Below, piece by piece: positions 1 to 9,135 of a stretch of DNA of 27,619 nucleotides (positions are counted from its first letter, which is position 1; the number at the start of each line of letters is the position of its first letter). Position numbers and translations under genes: made by a program. Where the stretch lies: positions 1-27,619 of IMG/VR virus record IMGVR_UViG_3300031804_000012, one strand, 5' to 3'. This stretch comes from a virus. Its lineage: Duplodnaviria; Caudoviricetes. Under the pieces are notes generated by a model. That model made no database searches. It was not told the DNA's origin and worked only from the letters and a program-made list of their open reading frames with translations.

Positions 1-1
1 C

Positions 2-76
2 GCAGGACGTAATAGGCCCAAGGAAGATAAAAGGGATGTTCAATCATTTGAGTTTGATGAGGAAGATGGTCTATAA
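2..76 (+). CDS. 3' end of an upstream gene (partial, acidic C-terminus)
   Basis: Open frame from the window edge, AGRNRPKEDKRDVQSFEFDEEDGL, ending in TAA at 74-76. Confidence 0.4.
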   Translation, partial: AGRNRPKEDKRDVQSFEFDEEDGL

Positions 77-122
77 CCCACTACATCTGGGATTTGATTA
101 AAACAAATTTGGAGGTATTTAT

Positions 123-440
123 ATGACTGTACGTAAAATGGATCGACCTTTAGAAACTATTTTTGACCTACTGACTATAGAACAGCGGGTAGCTTGTGTG
201 ACGGATAAAGATACCGTTCATACAGTTGGCTTTGTGGAACAATCTATTTCAGGCGAGTTTGCAACTAGACTTTGTGAAGACCAACAGGTCTTGACTTTGC
301 ATAGGGTTGCCCATTGGTTACGGGCAAATGCGAATATCTTTAAAGCTGATGATGCTCCCATCATAGCATGTAATTTAGATAGTCTAGCAGATGATTTAGA
401 TTATTTAGGGGATATGACTACTGACTTAAGAGGTAAGTAA
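123..440 (+). CDS. hypothetical phage protein
   Basis: 105-aa ORF, SD GGAGGT upstream, abuts the next gene. Confidence 0.75.
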   Translation: MTVRKMDRPLETIFDLLTIEQRVACVTDKDTVHTVGFVEQSISGEFATRLCEDQQVLTLHRVAHWLRANANIFKADDAPIIACNLDSLADDLDYLGDMTTDLRGK

Positions 441-1259
441 ATGCCCATTACACAACGAAAAGGGAAATGGTTTTGGGGTGGCCAAGGCCCATTTGATTCT
501 AAAGCAAAGGCTCAAGAGGTGGCGCAAGCAGCGAATGCTGCTGGCTATCAAAAACTAGAGAAGATTGAAATGGGTGCACCGATGGATGGAACCAAACGTC
601 AATTAACTGTCACTGAAATAGAACAACGTACTAAGAAATTGAACCCAGAGATTATTAAAGAAGATGGTGGGAGCGAGGGTGATGGCCTTAGTGGGACAGT
701 TTTTACATCAACTAATGCAGGTATTTTTAACCCAACTTTTGGAGGGAAGAAGAAGAAAAAATCTGGTATTGAACGGTTGAATGATTTTGTAACGGACAAC
801 TCCCCAATGAAACTTTCTAAATTTAGTGCCACAGGTGCGCCAGGACATTTGGGGCCAGCTAGGATTGATTGGGCAAAACGTAAATTAGATTTGGAGGATG
901 TTCAGCAACCGACAGAACGGGAAGGGGAACAAAATCAGGATACTGTAGCAAAAGATGCTAAAGATAAACAACATTCTATAGAACGTAATATAGATGATAT
1001 TCAAGATGATGAAAAAGATAAAACATTGAGTTTAGCCGTATATGGTTTTGGGCCTATGGGAGGACAGGGTGACCCTCTTAATAGGGCCAATTCTAAAGAT
1101 ATACTAAGCCGTAATCCTAGGGATGATGAGGGTGAAGAAGAGGAAGAACATACTACTCCCGAAGAATCAAAGTTGCCAACCGTCAGGACTTATGGTAAGA
1201 TGATGTATAAATCTGCTGTATTTGACGAACTGTTTAAAGGTATAATAGATGAACTCTAA
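441..1259 (+). CDS. charged, low-complexity protein, probable internal head/morphogenesis protein
   Basis: 272 aa. N-terminal MP..KGKWFWG..GPFDSKAKA..AQAA.AAGY module of a kind seen in phage head-region proteins, acidic/disordered body, repeated hydrophobic-x-K motifs. Confidence 0.7.
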   Translation: MPITQRKGKWFWGGQGPFDSKAKAQEVAQAANAAGYQKLEKIEMGAPMDGTKRQLTVTEIEQRTKKLNPEIIKEDGGSEGDGLSGTVFTSTNAGIFNPTFGGKKKKKSGIERLNDFVTDNSPMKLSKFSATGAPGHLGPARIDWAKRKLDLEDVQQPTEREGEQNQDTVAKDAKDKQHSIERNIDDIQDDEKDKTLSLAVYGFGPMGGQGDPLNRANSKDILSRNPRDDEGEEEEEHTTPEESKLPTVRTYGKMMYKSAVFDELFKGIIDEL

Positions 1260-1530
1260 TTTTTGTCCCAAATGTAAAGGGTTTTTAATACTGGATGTAG
1301 ACAATGATTTAGTTTGTTTGGGATGTGGCACAGTATTAGTATTAAGGAGGAAAACAAAATATGATACCAGAAGCAGCGAAGGACGAAATAGTAAAAAGGA
1401 AGCTATCAGGAGAGACCTGGACAGCAATAGCGAAGTGGGTAGAACAAGAATACGGAGAAGTAGTTCATCGGACAACGGTTCAACGGTGGTACGACAAGGA
1501 GGTGTGTTTAGAAAACATACATCCCGATGA
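1249..1530 (+). CDS. small zinc-ribbon protein (CPKC...CLGC); 3' part overlaps the phosphoesterase gene
   Basis: N-terminal 37 aa has CxxC-x13-CxxC; start overlaps the previous stop; C-terminal half is out-of-frame overlap. Confidence 0.5.
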   Translation: MNSNFCPKCKGFLILDVDNDLVCLGCGTVLVLRRKTKYDTRSSEGRNSKKEAIRRDLDSNSEVGRTRIRRSSSSDNGSTVVRQGGVFRKHTSR

Positions 1531-2674
1531 GATTATTTTAGACTCTGTAGAAGATCGGGTTAGGCTAGATAAAAAGGTGGCTACGTATAAAGCGGAAACC
1601 TCTTTCTATAAAAAATTATATGAGAAGAGTGTGCGAAGTTATGCCCAAACAGACCTCTTGATAGATATTATTAAGGAATCTGTCCCAGGTTTTTCTAAGG
1701 TTGAGGTATATGCTAAGACAACCCCAACTTCTGGCAGTACTCCTCAAGCTATTGTAGCTCCTTTAACTGATACCCATATCGGAGAATTCATAGACAATAA
1801 ACAAATGATCGGATTAAACTCATATGATTTTGATATCTTTAATAATAGATTGTATGGCTGGGCCACACAACTTATAACTTTAGTAGAACTTAGACGGAAT
1901 GCAGTACCTATCCCAGAGTTAGTTGTACCTCTGTTAGGGGATATGATTAGTGGGGATATTCATGAGGAATTGTCCCATACGAATTTAACTAATTGTATGA
2001 TGCAAATGATTAGAGGAGCAAATTTAATTGCTCAAGCATTGATGCTTATGGCCCCTTATTTTGAAAGTATTAGGGTTCCATGTGTAGTAGGTAATCATGG
2101 ACGTATGACCCGTAAACCTCCCATGAAAGATAAGTATATGGATTGGGATTATCTAATGTATCAATGGATTGCAGCCCTTTGTCAGAAGCAATCTAATATT
2201 GAATTCCACATTCCCCGCAGTTTTTTGACAGTCTTCTCTGTGTGCAATCGAAATATTCTAGCAATGCATGGGGATGCCATATCAGGAGCGGGTAGTTTAG
2301 CTTCCATCACAAAAGTGTTAACTAATTTAAGGTCAGTTTTACACTTTAAGAAGGGACTAGAAAATGAATTGGGGGAGATTCCAGATAGTATTCCAGCTAA
2401 TTTTGACTCTGTAATGATTGGGCATTTTCATAGAGTAGATGAATTAGATATTGGTACAGGTTCTGCCCATATTTGTGGGTGTATGAAAGGGGGAGATGAG
2501 TTTGCTATGAATAGGTTGCAAGCAGTTACGAAACCCCAACAGATAGTAACATATTGGCATCCGAAATATGGCTATATAGGAAAGGAAATCATTTATTTAA
2601 ATAGATATGATAACATGAAATCGAAATTCAAGGATGAAATCCCCGAAATTTGGGCGCATAATGGGTATAATTAA
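1361..2674 (+). CDS. calcineurin-like metallophosphoesterase with N-terminal HTH and coiled coil
   Basis: Motifs DTH, GD, GNHG, HGD, GHFH in canonical order; N-terminal HTH-like TWTAIAKW...HRTTVQRW; SD AAGGAGG. Confidence 0.9.
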   Translation: MIPEAAKDEIVKRKLSGETWTAIAKWVEQEYGEVVHRTTVQRWYDKEVCLENIHPDEIILDSVEDRVRLDKKVATYKAETSFYKKLYEKSVRSYAQTDLLIDIIKESVPGFSKVEVYAKTTPTSGSTPQAIVAPLTDTHIGEFIDNKQMIGLNSYDFDIFNNRLYGWATQLITLVELRRNAVPIPELVVPLLGDMISGDIHEELSHTNLTNCMMQMIRGANLIAQALMLMAPYFESIRVPCVVGNHGRMTRKPPMKDKYMDWDYLMYQWIAALCQKQSNIEFHIPRSFLTVFSVCNRNILAMHGDAISGAGSLASITKVLTNLRSVLHFKKGLENELGEIPDSIPANFDSVMIGHFHRVDELDIGTGSAHICGCMKGGDEFAMNRLQAVTKPQQIVTYWHPKYGYIGKEIIYLNRYDNMKSKFKDEIPEIWAHNGYN

Positions 2675-2701
2675 AAGATATATCTTATAAGGAAGTGAAC
2701 T

Positions 2702-3166
2702 ATGCCAAAGTACTCTCAAGAAATACTAACCCGTCTAGGGTGGTCACAGTACTTCCTTAGGAATTTGGGGCGGGAGGCCAAAGCCTTGGCACAAGAGACT
2801 TGTCCTGTAAAGTCAGGAGAGTTACGTGACAGTATAGATGTAGTGATTTCGGGTACGATGGCAACCGTGACTGCAAGTGCTGACCATGCGACAGTGATAG
2901 AAGAGGGTAGGGAAGCAGTAGCGGGGGGGTCATACACAGGGAAATGGAAACGCCATAAAAGACGTACTAAGAACGGAACAACGACAGTTAGGGGGCATAC
3001 TAAAACCTTTGAGAATAAAAAACCGGTAGAAATTACTGGGGCTACAAATCCAAGAACACAGGAATGGCGTACTCTTGGGCCTTCGGCAGCTAGAGAAGGT
3101 ACACACTTTCTAGCAAATGCTGTAGATGCGGCAATTGAAAAAGTGATTAATAGGCTAGGGAGATGA
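2702..3166 (+). CDS. HK97 gp10-like virion morphogenesis (neck/tail completion) protein
   Basis: AQETCPVKSGELRDSI...ADHATVIEEG...HFLANAV signature. Confidence 0.8.
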   Translation: MPKYSQEILTRLGWSQYFLRNLGREAKALAQETCPVKSGELRDSIDVVISGTMATVTASADHATVIEEGREAVAGGSYTGKWKRHKRRTKNGTTTVRGHTKTFENKKPVEITGATNPRTQEWRTLGPSAAREGTHFLANAVDAAIEKVINRLGR

Positions 3167-3182
3167 TAAGAGGAGGAATAAT

Positions 3183-3395
3183 ATGGTAGATATAAGTGGG
3201 GTGACTCCTGAACAAGAATTTATAGTGTCCCGTCATTCTAGGATGGTGGGTAAAGTCTTAGATTTAATTGAAGCCTCAATACCTGAAGGTACACAATGTG
3301 ATAAATTTAAGAAATTAGTCCAAGTTCCTATGTATGATTTTAGAAATGAAATATTAAAATTAGTTTCTTTGGGCTTAGATGAAGATTCATTATAA
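3183..3395 (+). CDS. hypothetical phage protein
   Basis: 70 aa, SD GAGGAGG, helical. Confidence 0.75.
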   Translation: MVDISGVTPEQEFIVSRHSRMVGKVLDLIEASIPEGTQCDKFKKLVQVPMYDFRNEILKLVSLGLDEDSL

Positions 3396-3541
3396 ATAAA
3401 TTCTAATAAATGTTCCATTTTGGTAGAAAACATAGTATAATAAATCGTGTAACTATATAATAGTTACTGGTTTGAGAAGGTCGGAAGTGGCTTAGACCAA
3501 CCTTCGTAGGATATCATATTATATATACTAGGAGGGTTATT

Positions 3542-4372
3542 ATGGCAGATGATGTTATCAATCGGATAGAGAAACATATGGAAGGGAATACCCTGGCTCT
3601 TTCGGCGGTTGCTGAAGTCTTGCAGAAGATGGATGATCGCTTTGTGCGGGATGACGATGTTGCTTTTGCAAAGCAGGAAGTAGATGAACGGAGTGCTATG
3701 GTGAAAGCTATTGCTTCGGAAGTCTATGGTATGATGAAAGCTGACAACGGCATGGATGTAGATGGCTCAAAGGTACGGTCTGGTACTAAGATGAAGGGTA
3801 GGGGTGAAGATTCCGAATCTCCAATAAATCCTACCACTAAGATTGCAGACCAGCAAGCTACTATCCAAGCTGCTGACGACGAAGACGACGAAGAAGAGAA
3901 TGGTAAGAAGAAGTTTAATTTTGATAAGAATCGGGATGACGAAGATGAGGATCTAGACAAAGAAGGGAATGGTGCAGCCGAATATCCTAAGGGAGAGGAA
4001 GAGGAAAAGAAGAGTGTATACAAGGGCAATGATAAAGATGAGGAAGATGAGGATCTAGAAGCTATGTCTAAAGAGTTGGATTCTTTGAGGAAGCAGATAG
4101 CTAATACTGAATCCAATATGCAGAAGGCAGTGCAAATAGAGTCGGAGCAACGGCTTCGGAAGATGGGATTTAGAGAGGAATTGGGTCTACAAGCCCCCCA
4201 AATGATTAGCCCACTGGGAGTTGATGGGACTACGCCAATCGTAAAGGGTAATAGCTCTGTTGATACGGTTGACCAGCTAGCGGGAATGTCTTACAAAGAA
4301 CTGCGTAATCTCCAGGCCCAGATTGAGATGGGGGACACTGAGGGGGTACCACGGGAATTGCTGGGCGGTTAG
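3542..4372 (+). CDS. probable capsid scaffolding protein
   Basis: Acidic, coiled-coil, 276 aa, directly upstream of the major capsid gene; SD AGGAGGG. Confidence 0.75.
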   Translation: MADDVINRIEKHMEGNTLALSAVAEVLQKMDDRFVRDDDVAFAKQEVDERSAMVKAIASEVYGMMKADNGMDVDGSKVRSGTKMKGRGEDSESPINPTTKIADQQATIQAADDEDDEEENGKKKFNFDKNRDDEDEDLDKEGNGAAEYPKGEEEEKKSVYKGNDKDEEDEDLEAMSKELDSLRKQIANTESNMQKAVQIESEQRLRKMGFREELGLQAPQMISPLGVDGTTPIVKGNSSVDTVDQLAGMSYKELRNLQAQIEMGDTEGVPRELLGG

Positions 4373-4425
4373 GGTTAATACCCCTACCAACCATAGATTA
4401 AATTTTAAAATAAAGGAGTCACACT

Positions 4426-5766
4426 ATGGCTAATCCAAGTCTATCAGAATATCTAGCACAGTCACAGCGTGGTCTGTATCAGTCTGTATTCGGCCCTGAA
4501 TACTTAATGAAACAGTCTTATTTCACTGTGGACAGTGCTACTGGTATTTTTAATACAACTTATGGACGCAAGGTGTGGCAAGCTTTGAACAACCAGACTC
4601 GTTTCTTCAATGCTATCCCAAGGGTAGTTTGGGGTAATACGGCTGGTTGGCGTGTTCGTTCAGACAGAGGTTCTGGACGCTCTCGCCCCGTTACTGAAAC
4701 GGGCAGTCTCCCAACCGTGGATGTCTCCAATATTGAGACTATATCGAGCTTGCCTCGTATAGTTTCCACGACCTTCGGTGCTTCCGTGAAGTCCGTCTTC
4801 ACGGCCCAGTTGGAAGGTGGTATTGGGGATGTGCTGGCTATGGAGAATGAAAACTCTCAGCTTGATCATATCAAAGAAATTAATGAGGAGTTGCTAGCAG
4901 GTGGTGCATTTATTGTATCTGCTGGGTCAACAACTGCCTTCACCGTACCCGCTTCTATTGCCCACCACTTTAAGATTGGTGATGCAGTATCCATGAATGA
5001 CGCTAACGCTGCATTCGACAGGACTTCTGGTTCTGTTGTATCTGCGGTCAATACCTCTACTGGTGTTGTGACTGTAGCTACGGGCACTGCTTTCGCAGAT
5101 GGTGACCTCGCCACGATGTACAGTCGGGCAGGGTTCTCTTCTCTTGATGACATTGTAGCAGAAGATGCTATGGTTGTCGGTGGTGTGACCAATGGAGCTA
5201 ACGTCCGGGCTTACGACCTAACCCAGGCTGGTCGGACTGCCGGTGCTTGGAATGCTGCTGCCAGTGTTCAGTTGAACAGTGGTACTGGACGGGCTTTGTC
5301 TCTCACTCATCTGGATACGGCTATCCAGAAGATTCGTGAAAACGGAGGGGAACCAAAGCTAATTCTTCTCGGCCACGATCAATATTTTAACCTTGAGCGT
5401 TTGTTGAATTCCAACCAGCGTTATATGGGTCAGGAAGAGTATCAGGTTGGTGTGGGTTCAGAACGAACCTTCCCTGGTACCCGAACTGGTTTGGTCTTAG
5501 CTACCTATCAGGGCATACCAATTCTCCCTGATGCGGATGTGCCTAAGTCGGTTGCCTCAAATGATACAGTCTTGGGTTCCAACATCTATGTGTTGGATAC
5601 TGATTACCTAGAAATTGCAGTTGCTCAACCTACTCAGTATGTTGAGAACCGTGACTACTTCGCTGCCAATGCTTTGGTAGTGAGGGGTTTGCTCTACACA
5701 ATGGGCGAAATGCGGTGCAAGAACATGTGGGTTCAGGCTAAGATTGGGGATTTGAACGCTTCCTAA
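4426..5766 (+). CDS. major capsid protein (HK97 fold) with beta-rich insertion
   Basis: 446 aa, SD AAGGAG, codon usage of a highly expressed gene; C-terminal LDTAIQKIRENGGEPKLILL...YQGIPILPD...IYVLDTDYL...AKIGDL pattern typical of HK97-fold MCPs. Confidence 0.88.
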   Translation: MANPSLSEYLAQSQRGLYQSVFGPEYLMKQSYFTVDSATGIFNTTYGRKVWQALNNQTRFFNAIPRVVWGNTAGWRVRSDRGSGRSRPVTETGSLPTVDVSNIETISSLPRIVSTTFGASVKSVFTAQLEGGIGDVLAMENENSQLDHIKEINEELLAGGAFIVSAGSTTAFTVPASIAHHFKIGDAVSMNDANAAFDRTSGSVVSAVNTSTGVVTVATGTAFADGDLATMYSRAGFSSLDDIVAEDAMVVGGVTNGANVRAYDLTQAGRTAGAWNAAASVQLNSGTGRALSLTHLDTAIQKIRENGGEPKLILLGHDQYFNLERLLNSNQRYMGQEEYQVGVGSERTFPGTRTGLVLATYQGIPILPDADVPKSVASNDTVLGSNIYVLDTDYLEIAVAQPTQYVENRDYFAANALVVRGLLYTMGEMRCKNMWVQAKIGDLNAS

Positions 5767-5776
5767 ATTTTACCTA

Positions 5777-5815
5777 GGGGGGAGGGATTGTTAAAGATTC
5801 CTCCTCCCTTATTTA
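5777..5815 (+). terminator. probable intrinsic terminator after MCP
   Basis: Stem GGAGGGATT/GATTCCTCC followed by a T-rich stretch. Confidence 0.5.
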
Positions 5816-5827
5816 CATGGGGGGGAG

Positions 5828-6001
5828 ATGAGAATAAACCGTCCTAAATATCCTACTTTAATCCGGTATGATGATAATGATAATCCTATAGATCACTATA
5901 GGAAATCCCGTCTTCCTAAATTTGGCACGAATAATCCTGTTATTGTATTAAGGAAATTGCCACATGAGTCAGATGAAAAATCGGATGAAACCATTGACTG
6001 A
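5828..6001 (+). CDS. possible small hypothetical protein (57 aa, not in ORF track)
   Basis: MRINRPKYPTL...SDETID, preceded by a G-run/GGAG. Confidence 0.35.
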   Translation: MRINRPKYPTLIRYDDNDNPIDHYRKSRLPKFGTNNPVIVLRKLPHESDEKSDETID

Positions 6002-6260
6002 TGAAGAGTTAGAGGTTAAAGTTGCAGTGTACATGGAAAGGTTGGATACTTATATAGAGACTTCCACAGAATTAAATCGTACCCTAGTTGCTGGAATAGA
6101 ACGGGTTAACGATGAATTAGATGAATTAAAACATTGGCGCACCCAATTTTACGGTGCTAAAACTTTGCTTATGATGTTGCTGGCTATGTTTGCCCATGCG
6201 GGAGTTGTTCTAGCTGCGGTAGTTGGCATATTAAATTGGTATTCTAAATCCCTAAACTAA
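5964..6260 (+). CDS. coiled-coil protein with C-terminal transmembrane helix (holin/XhlA-like architecture)
   Basis: Heptad N-terminus, hydrophobic LLMMLLAMFAHAGVVLAAVVGILNW. Confidence 0.7.
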   Translation: MSQMKNRMKPLTDEELEVKVAVYMERLDTYIETSTELNRTLVAGIERVNDELDELKHWRTQFYGAKTLLMMLLAMFAHAGVVLAAVVGILNWYSKSLN

Positions 6261-6275
6261 TATTAGGAGTCTTGC

Positions 6276-7196
6276 ATGAGTAATGAACGACATAATAATG
6301 CACGGGAATGGGAGATAGATTCATCTACTCGTCAATCCGTTCATCCATACACAAAATATTCACCATTTAGATCAGCAACTTCTACTACGGCAGCTAATTT
6401 ATTGGCTATTGATAGGGGAGAAATCGCAGTAAATTGGGTAACCAACCCTCGATTAGAAGTTGATGTTACTGGGTATACTGCTACTGGTTCAGCTATCTCT
6501 AGAGATACAGGTCAAGCTGCAACAGGAGCTGCCTCTCTCCTCACCAATCCAGCAAACTCTGCTGCGGGGGAGGGTTTTTATTGGGGGTCTCCTAACATTG
6601 GGTTTAACATTAACCCCCAACATATAACTGCCCAATGTGAAGTTCGTGGGGCATCTGCATCGGGCAGTGTGAAGATTCAGATTACCGATACGGATGGTGT
6701 CGAACTAGCCACTTCCGCAGATACTAACCTAACTACTAGCTTTGCTCAGCTTACAGCATCGTATACAGTAGCAGGTAGTACCGCAGGAGCCACATATAGA
6801 ATATATGTAGTGAGTGCAGCAAACCATAACATTGACTGGTATACTGATAAGATAATGTTTGAAGTACGTGAAGATACTAATGTTGTATCTACATATGTAG
6901 ACGGGGCTTTGGGTTTGAATTATGAATGGTCGGGAACGGCAGATGCTTCTACTTCTAGGAAACGCCCTGCCATGTCTGTTATTCGTGGGATTCAAATTAA
7001 GAATGAGTCCAGTACGTCAGCTGAAATAGTTTATGTAGCTTTTGATGTAACTGCTTCATCTAGTACGGGAATACCTGTATTGGCAGGGGCAACATATGAA
7101 TCTAATTTTCCCGTAGACTTTAGGGATAATGTCTCAGTAATATCTGCGTCTGGAACCCCTACGGTTAGCGGAGTTATTTGGGGAGTCCATAGTTAA
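6276..7196 (+). CDS. probable head decoration/fibre protein with CBM4/9-like galactose-binding domain
   Basis: NWVTNPRLE...WYTDKIMFE...YVDG jelly-roll pattern, Ser/Thr/Ala-rich, C-terminal IQIKN...VYVAFD...G..V.AG beta domain. Confidence 0.7.
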   Translation: MSNERHNNAREWEIDSSTRQSVHPYTKYSPFRSATSTTAANLLAIDRGEIAVNWVTNPRLEVDVTGYTATGSAISRDTGQAATGAASLLTNPANSAAGEGFYWGSPNIGFNINPQHITAQCEVRGASASGSVKIQITDTDGVELATSADTNLTTSFAQLTASYTVAGSTAGATYRIYVVSAANHNIDWYTDKIMFEVREDTNVVSTYVDGALGLNYEWSGTADASTSRKRPAMSVIRGIQIKNESSTSAEIVYVAFDVTASSSTGIPVLAGATYESNFPVDFRDNVSVISASGTPTVSGVIWGVHS

Positions 7197-8689
7197 TGAC
7201 AACCACTACTATAAAGACTGAAGTGGGGAATATTCCTAGTCCCTCTAACTGGGCGGCTAATAATGAGATGTATCAGACAGTTGGTATTGATGCAACTATT
7301 CTTCCCATTGAAAAACAGGATGGGGGTAAAGTAAGCTTAGAAGATATTTCTAGTGCCCTTGATGAATATAAACGATTATTTAAAGCGGGAATAGCATCTA
7401 AGGCAGAGTTGATAACTTTATCTAGAGCTTATCCTGATGATACCACCTATTCTAAAGCTGCGTCCAAGTTAAGTGAGGGCGATGCAATGGTCTTAGGTGG
7501 GCCAGCTTCGGTGGAATTAATTGATAGGGAAGGACACTTAATCACAACTGAGGCTTTGACTAAAGCTTTTGATAACTACATGGCTAACTTTCGTACTAGG
7601 AATACAATGGTATTGCATTCTGATGTTCAAGTTGGGTGGGCTTTACCCGCTTACATTTCTAAAGGTGGGCAGATATTTAAATCTGGTGTGGGTACGAATG
7701 GACTGTTCTTCATTACGGAATTGCGGGACGATACAAAAATTGCACAGCGGGTTATGGATCAAGTTAATGAAGGCAAGCTAAAGAGTTATTCTATTGCGGG
7801 AAGTGCTACCAAAACTCAAAATATGCAGAAAGGTTTACAACCCTATATGCAAGTAGACGAAATGGAACTTGCAGAAGTTACAGTTTGTGAAAAGGGTGTA
7901 AATCAAAATGCTGTGTTTGATATCCTTAAGGCTGAAGGGGCCGTGAGTACGTGTATTGATGGTAGTTGTCTTATAGAAAAACAGGAATGTAATGGTAGCT
8001 GTCTGTTATTTAAGGCAGAAGGTCAAGTTACTCAAGTGGATTCGGGGTATAGAATTGCTACTGATGTTGAAAAACAAAATGGAATCATGTGTGGGACATG
8101 TAAATTCTTTAATAAAGAAGAACAAACTTGTGATATAGTAGAGGGAATGATTGCAGATGATATGTATTGCAAACTTTTTTCTCCTACGGATGCCTCACCA
8201 ATTCTTGATGAAGGAAGGGAGTTAACTATGTTAATGGAAAAAGCGGATGGGTCAATTAATTTTACAGGATCTTTCTTGGAATGGATGGAGAAACAAGAAC
8301 CTGTCCCAAAGAAGTTAGCTGCTACTATGTCCACCCTTTTAAATACTGGTGGAAGACAGGCAGAACATCATCAATTACTACGAGAGTATGGCTTTCCTTC
8401 GGAACAGCCACAAGAAGCTATGCGATATACCCCAGTAATTGAAACGGAAACAGATGCTTTTGGAATCCCTATACACATGAAACCCCCTTGGGTTGTCAAT
8501 GAAGCTGGGTCACATCTAGGTCAGAAGTTAGATGCCGATGCCCCAACATATGATGCTTCAGTAGCTGGGAAGGCCCACAAAGATTTTAAAACTAATCTCC
8601 ATCCCTGGTATTCTAATCCCATCCCGGTTGAATTCCCTATCTGTAAATCCTTTTCCACCTGGTTTGATAATAATAAGTCTTATCTATAA
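7196..8689 (+). CDS. prohead (capsid maturation) protease, HK97/XkdF-like, fused to a HiPIP-like 4-Cys domain
   Basis: GPASVELIDREGH, LHSDVQVG, GKLKSYSIAG, LAEVTVCEKGVN motifs; later CGTCKFF..CDIVEG.I...MYCKLF. Confidence 0.85.
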   Translation: MTTTTIKTEVGNIPSPSNWAANNEMYQTVGIDATILPIEKQDGGKVSLEDISSALDEYKRLFKAGIASKAELITLSRAYPDDTTYSKAASKLSEGDAMVLGGPASVELIDREGHLITTEALTKAFDNYMANFRTRNTMVLHSDVQVGWALPAYISKGGQIFKSGVGTNGLFFITELRDDTKIAQRVMDQVNEGKLKSYSIAGSATKTQNMQKGLQPYMQVDEMELAEVTVCEKGVNQNAVFDILKAEGAVSTCIDGSCLIEKQECNGSCLLFKAEGQVTQVDSGYRIATDVEKQNGIMCGTCKFFNKEEQTCDIVEGMIADDMYCKLFSPTDASPILDEGRELTMLMEKADGSINFTGSFLEWMEKQEPVPKKLAATMSTLLNTGGRQAEHHQLLREYGFPSEQPQEAMRYTPVIETETDAFGIPIHMKPPWVVNEAGSHLGQKLDADAPTYDASVAGKAHKDFKTNLHPWYSNPIPVEFPICKSFSTWFDNNKSYL

Positions 8690-8721
8690 TTACGATATGT
8701 AATATTTATCTGTTTTTCTGC

Positions 8722-8749
8722 TTGACTTTCTTCTTAATTGATGTATAAT
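8722..8749 (+). promoter_or_regulatory. sigma70-type promoter
   Basis: TTGACT-16 bp-TATAAT in the intergenic gap. Confidence 0.65.
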
Positions 8750-8801
8750 TAAATGAAGCCCCCAAGAAATGGGGGAGATTGAGGAGGTAGAAAACGGATA
8801 C

Positions 8802-8972
8802 ATGTTAGAATTTATTTTTACGGGTGCCACAATTCTAGGGTTTATATTTATTGGGTTAGCATACTTTAAGCATAAGGCTGGCGGTATGTCTGTAGAGGAA
8901 TATGAATATCGTAGAACGAATAAAACAAGCTCCAGTTATCTACACGATCCCCACAATTGGCGTCATATGTAG
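8802..8972 (+). CDS. small single-TM membrane protein
   Basis: MLEFIFTGATILGFIFIGLAYF; start may be 8769. Confidence 0.6.
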   Translation: MLEFIFTGATILGFIFIGLAYFKHKAGGMSVEEYEYRRTNKTSSSYLHDPHNWRHM

Positions 8973-8978
8973 ACATAT

Positions 8979-9131
8979 ATGTCATTAAATTTTCGCCCCC
9001 AAATATTTTTAAGTATCATTATCTTAGGGGGGATAGCTGTGCTATCATTAGATTATGATCGGATTGAAATAACTACTGGGTGTGTTACTTTATTGGGGGC
9101 GTTGGGAATGAAAATTTTGGAGAAGGAGTGA
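8979..9131 (+). CDS. 50-aa two-TM membrane protein, holin-like (not in ORF track)
   Basis: MSLNFRPQIFLSIIILGGIAVLSLDYDRIEITTGCVTLLGALGMKILEKE; fills the gap exactly. Confidence 0.7.
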   Translation: MSLNFRPQIFLSIIILGGIAVLSLDYDRIEITTGCVTLLGALGMKILEKE

Positions 9132-9135
9132 GAAA

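Noticed and set aside
1361-2674. Mre11/SbcD nuclease or defence-system call
   Set aside because: No adjacent Rad50/SbcC ATPase; only the generic metallophosphoesterase call is supported.
7569-7781. Nested + strand ORF inside the protease gene
   Set aside because: Out-of-frame overlap with a conserved catalytic domain; no SD.
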